A DNA stretch of 32,000 nucleotides from Cereibacter sphaeroides 2.4.1. Lineage in GTDB: Bacteria; Pseudomonadota; Alphaproteobacteria; Rhodobacterales; Rhodobacteraceae. Below the pieces are notes generated by a model that was not told the origin of the DNA, ran no database searches, and saw only the letters and a program-made list of their open reading frames with translations. The stretch spans positions 1,200,001 through 1,232,000 of the forward strand of contig NC_007493.2 in the NCBI RefSeq assembly GCF_000012905.2, read 5' to 3'. This document shows, piece by piece, positions 24,184-31,314 of the stretch. Position 1 is the first letter of the stretch. Each line of letters starts with the position of its first letter. Both the position numbers and the translations under genes were made by a program.

Positions 24184-24714
24184 ATGAAGACCACTCTGTC
24201 CCTTGGCGCGATGGTGAGCCTCGCGCTGATGGCCGGCGCCTCGTCGCTGGCCTCGGCCGAGGCAGCGGCGCAGGGCGTGGATGTCGCGGTCGCCTCGTCG
24301 GACGGCATCCGCTCGTTCAATGCCGAGGATGTGCCCACCTTCGACATCGCCGAGGACGGCACGGTGGACTGGCCCACCTTCTCGGGCTACCGCCGCTACC
24401 AGTCGGAGTGCCATGTCTGTCACGGCCCGGACGGGATGGGCTCGTCCTACGCCCCCGCGCTGAAGGACAGCGTGATGCGGATCGACTATTATACGTTCCT
24501 CGAGACGATCGCGAACGGCAAGCAGGAGGTCGGAGCCGCCAAGACGCTGGTGATGCCCGCCTTCGGCACCAATGCGAACGTCATGTGCTACGTCGACGAC
24601 ATCTGGACCTATCTGCGCGCGCGCGGCACCGGGGCGCTCGACCGCGGCCGGCCGGCGAAGCGGGCCGACAAGAGCCCCGAATATGCCGAGGTGGAAAAGA
24701 CGTGCATGGAGTGA
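24184..24714 (+). CDS. xoxG: c-type cytochrome associated with XoxF (cytochrome cL/XoxG-like)
   Basis: Signal peptide, single CHVCHG heme motif, about 150 aa mature. Located directly after xoxF. Confidence 0.85.
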   Translation: MKTTLSLGAMVSLALMAGASSLASAEAAAQGVDVAVASSDGIRSFNAEDVPTFDIAEDGTVDWPTFSGYRRYQSECHVCHGPDGMGSSYAPALKDSVMRIDYYTFLETIANGKQEVGAAKTLVMPAFGTNANVMCYVDDIWTYLRARGTGALDRGRPAKRADKSPEYAEVEKTCME

Positions 24715-25526
24715 TCCGCGCTCTCCTGCTGTCGGCCACGGTCCTCGCGGCCGCGCCCGCTCCGGCCCAGGTGGCGGACCTCGTCTCGAACGAGGTCCTG
24801 CGCGTCTGTGCCGATCCGGCGAATTCGCCCCTGTCGAACCGCGACGGCAGCGGCTTCGAGAACCGCATCGCCGAACATCTGGGGCAGGTGATGGGCAGGC
24901 CCGTCGAATATACCTGGTTTCCGATGGTGACGGGCTTTGCGCGCAACACGCTCTTCGCCGGCAAGTGTGACGTGGTGATCGGCTACGCGCAGGGCGACGA
25001 GCTGGTGCTGAACACCAACCATTACTACACCTCGACCCATGTGCTGGTGGTGAAGGCCGACGGGCCGCTGGCCGGCGTCGAGAGCCTCTCGGATCCGGCG
25101 CTGCAGGGCAGACGGATCGGCGTGGTGGCGGGCTCGCCGCCTGCCACGCATATCGCCCGCAACGGGCTCATGGGCAAGGCCAGGCCCTACGATCTGATGG
25201 TGGATCGCCGCGTCGAGGATCCGGCGGGCGACATGCTGCGCGACGTCGAGGCCGGCGTGACCGATGCGGCCGTGCTCTGGGGCCCGGTCGGCGGCCCGCT
25301 CGTGCGCGCGCATCCCGGCCTCAAGGCCATCCCGCTGCTGAAGGAGGAGGGCGCGCCCCGGCTCTACTACCGCATCACCATGGGGGTGCGGCAGGGCGAG
25401 GATGTCTGGAAGCGCGAGCTCAACTCGCTGATCCGCCGCGAGCAGGGCGCTCTCGACACGATCCTGCGCGAGGCGGGGGTGCCGCTCGTCGACAATTACG
25501 GCAAGGGGCTGAAGGAAGGCGGATGA
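24702..25526 (+). CDS. xoxJ: MoxJ/XoxJ periplasmic substrate-binding-like protein
   Basis: Signal peptide VIRALLLSATVLAAAPAPA-QV. LRVCADPANSPLS is typical of MoxJ/XoxJ. GTG 24702 is favoured; GTG 24711, in a GTGA overlap with the xoxG stop, is the alternative. The track ORF start at 24408 overlaps xoxG and is rejected. Confidence 0.82.
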   Translation: MHGVIRALLLSATVLAAAPAPAQVADLVSNEVLRVCADPANSPLSNRDGSGFENRIAEHLGQVMGRPVEYTWFPMVTGFARNTLFAGKCDVVIGYAQGDELVLNTNHYYTSTHVLVVKADGPLAGVESLSDPALQGRRIGVVAGSPPATHIARNGLMGKARPYDLMVDRRVEDPAGDMLRDVEAGVTDAAVLWGPVGGPLVRAHPGLKAIPLLKEEGAPRLYYRITMGVRQGEDVWKRELNSLIRREQGALDTILREAGVPLVDNYGKGLKEGG

Positions 25527-26050
25527 GGATCGCGACGGCCCTCCTGTGGTGTCTCGCGGCGCCGGCTCTGGCAGGGGTGCCCGAGCCCGAGGGGTTCCGG
25601 GGCGAGCCCTACCGCGCCGAGGTGCCGGCGACCGTCATGGGCCGGCCCGGCCTCTCGCCCGAGGAGGCTGAGGCGCTTCATGCGCAGGGTGTGCCCTTCC
25701 TCGACGTTCTGCCCCATGCCGCGCGGCCGGAGGGGCTGCCCGAGGGGACGGTCTGGCGCGAGAAGCCGCATCTGACCATCCCCGGCGCGACCTGGTTGCC
25801 GAACACCGGCTACGAGGCGTTGGCCGAACCGGACGCGGCCTATCTGCGGCAGGGTCTCGAACGTGCGACGGGGGGCGATCCCGAGGCTGACGTGGTGGTT
25901 TTCTGCAAGCGGGAGTGCTGGATGTCCTGGAACGTCGCGAAACGCGCGATGGAATGGGGCTATTCGGGCATTCACTGGTTCCCTGGCGGGGTCGAGGCAT
26001 GGCAGGATCTGGGAGGGGATCTGGAGGAGGTTCACCCGGCGCCGCGGTGA
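25523..26050 (+). CDS. Rhodanese-like periplasmic protein of the PQQ-dependent-catabolism-associated Cys-x-Cys-Trp motif family
   Basis: ATGA overlap with the xoxJ stop, GGAAGG SD, signal peptide, motif VVFCKRECWMSW. Follows xoxJ, as in other quinoprotein clusters. Confidence 0.78.
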   Translation: MRIATALLWCLAAPALAGVPEPEGFRGEPYRAEVPATVMGRPGLSPEEAEALHAQGVPFLDVLPHAARPEGLPEGTVWREKPHLTIPGATWLPNTGYEALAEPDAAYLRQGLERATGGDPEADVVVFCKRECWMSWNVAKRAMEWGYSGIHWFPGGVEAWQDLGGDLEEVHPAPR

Positions 26051-26083
26051 CCCGCGCGGCAGCCGGTCGAAGGGAGGGAAAGG

Positions 26084-27268
26084 ATGCGTTTGATTGCCGC
26101 CGCGCTGGTCGTGGCCATTGTTCTGCCATGCGCTGCTGTGGCCCAGACCGAAATCCGCATGGCCGTGCTGCGCGTCGATGTGCAGGGCCGTCCTCCCGTC
26201 TCGCGGCTCGACCTTCCGCCCGAGGATCTGGGCTTCGCCGGGGCCCGCCTCGGCACCAATGACAATGCCACCACCGGGCAGTTCATGGGCCAGAGCTTCG
26301 TCACCGACGAAGTGGCGGCCACGCCCGAGACCGCGCTCGAGAAGCTGCAGGAGATCCTCGCCTCGGGCACCCGCCTCGTGGTGACGCTCGCCGATGCCGA
26401 GACGACGGCCGCGCTGGCCGAGGCCGCGGGCGACGAGGTGCTCGTCTTCAACGCCCGCGCCCGCGACGATGTCCTGCGCGGCGAGGGCTGCCGGGCGAAC
26501 CTCCTGCACACCGCGCCCAGCCGGGCGATGGTGACCGACGCGCTGGCGCAGTTCCTGATGTGGAAGCGCTGGGATGAGTGGTTCCTGATCGAGGGCAGCC
26601 ATCCGGGCGATCAGGCGCTGGCCGCCTCCTACCGCCGCTCGGCTGCGAAATTCGGCGCGCGGATCGTCGAGGAGCGCATCTTCGAGGATACCGGCGGAGC
26701 GCGGGCGACCGACAGCGGTCTCGTCCAGATCCAGGCCCAGATCCCGACCTTCACCCAGCGCGCGGCCGATCACGACGTGGTGGTGGCGGCCGACGAGACC
26801 GGGATCTTCGCGGCCTATCTGCCCTATCACACCTGGGAGCCGCGCCCCGTCGCGGGCTCGGCCGGTCTCGTGCCGGTCACATGGCATCCCGCGATGGAGA
26901 TGTGGGGCGGTACCCAGTTCCAGAGCCGCTTCGAGAAGCTCGCCAACCGGCCCGCGCGCGAGGAGGATTATCAGGTCTGGCTCGCGCTCCGCGCCGTGGG
27001 CGAGGCCGCCACGCGCACCCAGTCGGCCGAAATGCCGGTGCTCAGGGACTACATGCTGGGCGCTGAATTCCAGCTCGGCGCCTTCAAGGGACAGCCACTC
27101 ACATGGCGCGACTGGGACGGCCAGCTGCGCCAGCCGATCCTGCTCGGGTCGGGGCCCATCGTGGCCTCGGTCTCGCCGCAATCGGAATATCTGCACCAGG
27201 TCTCCCAGCTCGATACGCTCGGCATCGACCGCCCGGAAACGGCCTGCAGGATCGACCGCCAGAAGTAA
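26084..27268 (+). CDS. Periplasmic ABC substrate-binding protein (LivJ-fold), PQQ-dehydrogenase-system associated
   Basis: GGGAGGGAAAGG SD and a signal peptide. 394 aa, type I periplasmic binding-protein-like sequence. Its context resembles lutA/pedA-type genes. Confidence 0.82.
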   Translation: MRLIAAALVVAIVLPCAAVAQTEIRMAVLRVDVQGRPPVSRLDLPPEDLGFAGARLGTNDNATTGQFMGQSFVTDEVAATPETALEKLQEILASGTRLVVTLADAETTAALAEAAGDEVLVFNARARDDVLRGEGCRANLLHTAPSRAMVTDALAQFLMWKRWDEWFLIEGSHPGDQALAASYRRSAAKFGARIVEERIFEDTGGARATDSGLVQIQAQIPTFTQRAADHDVVVAADETGIFAAYLPYHTWEPRPVAGSAGLVPVTWHPAMEMWGGTQFQSRFEKLANRPAREEDYQVWLALRAVGEAATRTQSAEMPVLRDYMLGAEFQLGAFKGQPLTWRDWDGQLRQPILLGSGPIVASVSPQSEYLHQVSQLDTLGIDRPETACRIDRQK

Positions 27269-27288
27269 TCGAGAGGGGAGGACGACAG

Positions 27289-28251
27289 ATGATGATGCGA
27301 CTGACGGGCCTGATGGCCTGCCTCTGCACGGCGAGCCCGGCGCTTGCGGGCAAGATCTTCGTAAGCAACGAGAAGGGCAACGACATCACCGTGCTCGACA
27401 GCGAGAGCCTCGAGGTGATCGCGACCTTCCCCGGCGGCCAGCGCCCGCGCGGCATCACCGCCTCGCCCGACGGCAAATGGCTCTATGTCTGCGCCTCCGA
27501 CGACAATCTGGTGCGGGTCTTCAGCACCGACACCTACGAAGAGCAGCCGACGCTGCCCTCGGGGCCCGACCCCGAGCTGTTCGTCCTGCATCCTTCGGGC
27601 AATCCGCTCTACATCGCCAACGAGGACGACAACATCGTGACCGTGGTGGATGTCGAGACCCGGACGGTGCTGGCCGAGGTCCCGGTGGGGGTTGAGCCCG
27701 AGGGGATGGGCGTGTCGCCCGACGGCACGATCGTCGTCAACACCTCCGAGACCACGAACATGGCCCATTTCATCGACACCACGACCTTCGAGATCACGAC
27801 GAACGTGCTGGTCGATCAGCGGCCGCGCTTTGCGCAGTTCACCGACGATGGCAGGCATCTCCTCGTCTCGGCCGAGATCGGCGGCACCGTCTCGGTGATC
27901 GATCCGTCGGCGGGGCAGATCGAGAAGAAGATCACCTTCGAGGTGCCGGGCGTCCTGCCCGAGGCGCTGCAACCGGTGGGGATCCGGGTCACGAAGGACG
28001 GCTCCAAGGCCTATGTGGCGCTGGGGCCCGCGAACCGCGTGGCGGTGGTGAACGGCGAGACATGGGAGGTCGAGGATTACCTCCTCGTCGGCCAGCGCGT
28101 CTGGCAGCTCGCCTTCTCGCCGGACGAAAAATATCTCTACACGACCAACGGAAATTCCAACGACATCTCGGTGATCGATGTCGCCACGGATGAGGTGATC
28201 CGGTCGGTGCAGGTGGGCGAACAGCCCTGGGGCGTCGTCGCGGTGCCATGA
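27289..28251 (+). CDS. Periplasmic YVTN-type beta-propeller protein (PQQ-dependent catabolism-associated)
   Basis: Internal ATG (aa 63 of track ORF 27103..28251) after GGGGAGGA. Signal peptide. Repeated blades: ITVLD/GITASPDGKWLYV, VTVVD/GMGVSPDG, VSVID, ISVIDVAT...PWGV. Confidence 0.88.
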   Translation: MMMRLTGLMACLCTASPALAGKIFVSNEKGNDITVLDSESLEVIATFPGGQRPRGITASPDGKWLYVCASDDNLVRVFSTDTYEEQPTLPSGPDPELFVLHPSGNPLYIANEDDNIVTVVDVETRTVLAEVPVGVEPEGMGVSPDGTIVVNTSETTNMAHFIDTTTFEITTNVLVDQRPRFAQFTDDGRHLLVSAEIGGTVSVIDPSAGQIEKKITFEVPGVLPEALQPVGIRVTKDGSKAYVALGPANRVAVVNGETWEVEDYLLVGQRVWQLAFSPDEKYLYTTNGNSNDISVIDVATDEVIRSVQVGEQPWGVVAVP

Positions 28252-28277
28252 GAGACGAACGGACAGGGAGAACAGAC

Positions 28278-28721
28278 ATGATCGGACGCATCACAGCCAT
28301 CGGGCTCGCAGCCCTCGTCGCCGCCCCGGCGGTCACGCCGGCCGGGGCCCATGAGTTCGGCTTCGCAGGCCTCATGTCGGCCTCGAACCGCGAGGATCTG
28401 GCCGATCTGACGCTCGCCTCGGGCAAACCCGTCGCCGCCGAGCCCTACGAGCTCAAGTCGGGCACCTTCTACCGCATCAAGATCGTGGCCGACGGCTCGG
28501 CCGAGCTTGCGCTCTCGGGCGGAGACTTCTTCCGCGCCATCTGGATCAACGAGGTCGTCATCAACGGCATCGAGATCCGCCCGATGGGGGTTCATTCCAT
28601 CGAGTTCGACGAAGCCGGCGAGGCGCTGATCTCCTTCGTGGCGATCGTGCCCGGCAGCTTCACGTTGTCGATCCCCGGCTCGTCCGGCGAAACGCAACGC
28701 GCCACGTTCAACATCCGCTGA
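28278..28721 (+). CDS. Secreted protein of unknown function (predicted beta-rich)
   Basis: ATG 28278 preceded by AGGGAGaacagac. The alternative ATG at 28248 lies in an ATGA overlap with the upstream stop. Signal peptide MIGRITAIGLAALVAAPAVTPAGA-HE. Confidence 0.7.
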   Translation: MIGRITAIGLAALVAAPAVTPAGAHEFGFAGLMSASNREDLADLTLASGKPVAAEPYELKSGTFYRIKIVADGSAELALSGGDFFRAIWINEVVINGIEIRPMGVHSIEFDEAGEALISFVAIVPGSFTLSIPGSSGETQRATFNIR

Positions 28722-28736
28722 CAGGGAGGAAAGAGG

Positions 28737-28985
28737 ATGAAGAGACTTGCCACGCTGGCCATCGTGCTGGCAGCGAAGACCACCGGCGCCGTCGCGCAGG
28801 AGGTGGACGAGGCCACGGTCGGAAAGATCAACGCGATGCTGACCGAGATGCAGTGCGAGGTCGATCCGGTGAACATCGAGGCCGACGACGGCGGCTACGA
28901 GCTCGACGATGTGTTCTGCGCCGACGGCCAATACGACATCAAGCTCGACGCCAACCTTGCGGTGACGGAGAAACGCAAGGAATGA
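28737..28985 (+). CDS. Small secreted acidic PepSY-like protein
   Basis: GGGAGGAAAGAGG SD and signal peptide ...TGAVA-QE. The mature protein is 62 aa, of which I count 17 Asp/Glu and 2 Cys. GGYELDDVFCADGQYDIKLDANLAV resembles the PepSY beta-hairpin pattern. Confidence 0.65.
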   Translation: MKRLATLAIVLAAKTTGAVAQEVDEATVGKINAMLTEMQCEVDPVNIEADDGGYELDDVFCADGQYDIKLDANLAVTEKRKE

Positions 28986-29710
28986 CCGCAGCCGCCCCGC
29001 CCGCGCTCGAGATCGCCGGACTGAGCCACAGCTTCGGCGCGGTCCGGGCCCTCCGGGAGGTGAGCTTCACCGTCCCGCGGGGCGCCTTCGTGGCCCTTCT
29101 CGGCGTGAACGGGGCGGGCAAGACCACGCTCTTCTCGCTCGTGACCCGGCTTTACGATTCCACGAGCGGGACGATCCGCGTGGCGGGCTTCGATGCCCGC
29201 CGCCAGCCGGGCGAGGCGCTCGCCCGGCTGGGCGTCGTGTTCCAGAGCCGGGCGCTGGACGGAGACCTGACGCTGACGCAGAACCTGCGCTATCACGCGG
29301 CGCTGCACGGGATCGGCCGACGCGAGGCCGCGCCCCGCATCGCCGAGGTGCTGACGCTGGTCAGCCTGTCCGACAAGGCCCATGCGCGGGTGGCGACCCT
29401 CTCGGGCGGCCAGCAGCGCCGGGCCGAGATCGCACGCGCGCTCCTGCACCGGCCCGAGCTTCTGCTCCTCGACGAGGCCACGGCGGGGCTCGACCTGCGC
29501 GCCCGCGACGAGGTGCGCCGGGTGGTGCGCGACCTGATCGCCACGGAAGGCGTCTCCGCCCTCTGGGCCACGCACATGATGGAGGAGATCGCGCCCGAGG
29601 ATCGGGTGGTGGTGCTCCACCGTGGCGAGGTGCGGCTTGCCGGTCGCGCGGCGGAGCTGGGCGGCAGCCTCGCGCAGGGGTTCCTCGCGCTGACGGAAGA
29701 GACCGCATGA
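28982..29710 (+). CDS. ABC transporter ATP-binding protein
   Basis: Internal ATG (aa 44 of track ORF 28853..29710) in an ATGA overlap with the upstream stop. Walker A GVNGAGKTT, signature LSGGQQRRAEIARA, Walker B LLLLDEATAGLD. Confidence 0.92.
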   Translation: MTAAAPPALEIAGLSHSFGAVRALREVSFTVPRGAFVALLGVNGAGKTTLFSLVTRLYDSTSGTIRVAGFDARRQPGEALARLGVVFQSRALDGDLTLTQNLRYHAALHGIGRREAAPRIAEVLTLVSLSDKAHARVATLSGGQQRRAEIARALLHRPELLLLDEATAGLDLRARDEVRRVVRDLIATEGVSALWATHMMEEIAPEDRVVVLHRGEVRLAGRAAELGGSLAQGFLALTEETA

Positions 29711-30567
29711 CCGCGCCTCATCGACCGCCCCGTCTCACCGCGCCGCGCCCGCGCCCCGGCCACGGGCTCACGTTCCGCGGCCATCTGACAGCCTTCGGCG
29801 GCATCGCGGGCCGCGAGATCCTGCGCTTCACCCGCCAGCGCGAGCGGTTCCTTTCCGCACTCGTGCGCCCGCTCGTCTGGCTCTTCATCTTCGCGGCGGG
29901 ATTCCGGGCGGTGCTCGGCCTCTCGATCACGCCGCCCTATCAGACCTATGTGCTCTACGAGGTCTATGTCACGCCCGGCCTCTGCGCGATGATCCAGCTG
30001 TTCAACGGGATGCAGAGCTCTCTTTCCATGGTCTACGACCGCGAGACGGGCGCGATGCGGACGCTGCTCGTCAGCCCCTATCCGCGCTGGTTCCTTCTCG
30101 GCTCGAAGCTCGTGGCGGGCGTGCTGGTCTCGATCCTGCAGGTCTATGCTTTCCTCCTCATCGCCTGGCTCTGGGGCATCCGCCCGCCGCCGCTCGGCTA
30201 TCTCGCCGTCCTGCCCGCGCTGTTCCTGTCGGGGCTGATGCTGGGCGCGCTCGGCCTCTTCATCTCGTCGGCGATCCGGCAGCTCGAGAACTTCGCGGGC
30301 GTGATGAACTTCGTGATCTTCCCGATGTTCTTCGCCTCGACCGCGCTCTATCCGCTGTGGCGGCTGAAGGACTCGAGCCCGCTTCTGGCCGATATCGCGC
30401 TGGCCAATCCCTTCACCCACGCGGTCGAACTGATCCGCTTTGCCCTCTACCGGCAGGTCGAGCCTCTGGCGCTGGCCGTGGTCGCGGGCGCAGGCCTCGT
30501 CTTCTTCGGAGCGGCGGTCTTCATGTACGATCCCTCGAAGGGCCTGTGGGCCCTGCGCAAGCGATAG
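29707..30567 (+). CDS. ABC-2 type transporter permease
   Basis: ATGA overlap with the ATPase gene. Six predicted hydrophobic segments. REILRFTRQRERFLSALVRPLVWL is typical of the ABC-2 family. Confidence 0.9.
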   Translation: MTAPHRPPRLTAPRPRPGHGLTFRGHLTAFGGIAGREILRFTRQRERFLSALVRPLVWLFIFAAGFRAVLGLSITPPYQTYVLYEVYVTPGLCAMIQLFNGMQSSLSMVYDRETGAMRTLLVSPYPRWFLLGSKLVAGVLVSILQVYAFLLIAWLWGIRPPPLGYLAVLPALFLSGLMLGALGLFISSAIRQLENFAGVMNFVIFPMFFASTALYPLWRLKDSSPLLADIALANPFTHAVELIRFALYRQVEPLALAVVAGAGLVFFGAAVFMYDPSKGLWALRKR

Positions 30568-30576
30568 GAGGTTCCC

Positions 30577-31170
30577 ATGCTCAGATGGTGCATTCCGGCG
30601 ATCCTCGCGGCGGGCACCGCCATGGGGGCGGATTTCTCCGATCCCGACTGGCCCTGCATCCAGCGCAAGCAGCCGCATCTGTCGCTGGGGCAGGTCTGGA
30701 GCGGGCCTCTCCCGGATGCCGCGACCGAAGAGCTGGCGCGCGAACCGGCGATCCAGGGGTTGGCGCAGGAGCTGGAACAGCGGCGGCTTCCGGTGGAAGA
30801 GGCCGAAGGGCGGATCGCCCGGTTCGCCGCCGACCACGAGCCGCAGGAGCTGGTGGCGCTCTATGTCGCGACCTTCGAGCGGATCGAATCCGTCCGCAAC
30901 CGCGTGATGGCGGGCATCACCCGCTATGCCCACAGCCAGGAGGCGCTCGACCGCCGGATCAACGCGGCCCGCACCGAGATGGGCCGGCTCATGGCGGCGG
31001 AGGACAAGGACTTCGACCGGATCGACGCACTCGAGGAGCAGCTCGACTGGGACACGCGGATCTTCCGCGAGCGCCAGCAGTCGCTGACCTATGTCTGCGA
31101 GACGCCGGTGATCCTCGAGCGCCGGGCCTTCGCCCTGGGCCGGGCGGTGACGCAGCACCTGCCGAAATAG
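30577..31170 (+). CDS. Secreted protein of unknown function (helical/coiled-coil, two Cys)
   Basis: AGGAGGttccc precedes the ATG. Signal peptide MLRWCIPAILAAGTAMGA-DF. Last gene of the + strand cluster. Confidence 0.7.
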   Translation: MLRWCIPAILAAGTAMGADFSDPDWPCIQRKQPHLSLGQVWSGPLPDAATEELAREPAIQGLAQELEQRRLPVEEAEGRIARFAADHEPQELVALYVATFERIESVRNRVMAGITRYAHSQEALDRRINAARTEMGRLMAAEDKDFDRIDALEEQLDWDTRIFRERQQSLTYVCETPVILERRAFALGRAVTQHLPK

Positions 31171-31314
31171 TCGCGCCCGCTGTCGATGCGACGCGCCCCG
31201 TGCTGCACGCTGGGTGCTGCGCGGTTTCTCCCCCGCGCGCTCCCGATGCGGTTGGGCAGCCTGAAGCGGCGCTCCTCACCGACGTCCGCCCGCCGTCCGG
31301 CCGGGGCGGGTGGC

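Noticed and set aside
24408-24701. Upstream extension of the xoxJ ORF, overlapping almost all of the 3' half of xoxG.
   Set aside because: The extension is an out-of-frame reading of xoxG with no signal peptide. The XoxJ signal peptide starts at about 24702-24711.
27103-27288. Upstream extension of the beta-propeller ORF into the binding-protein gene.
   Set aside because: It overlaps the 3' end of the SBP gene. A strong SD plus ATGATGATG and a signal peptide begin at 27289.
349-31158. Many very long ORFs antisense to or out of frame with the called genes: 349..1683 -, 2177..4282 -, 5022..7364 +, 8179..9393 +, 9591..11456 +, 12693..14960 +, 19861..21828 -, 22251..24377 -, 25496..27196 -, 29293..31158 -.
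   Set aside because: These are typical high-GC artefacts. Their translations are Arg/Pro/Gly/Ala-rich low-complexity strings without motifs. The opposite strand or frame carries clear family signatures, SD sequences and coupled stop/start overlaps.
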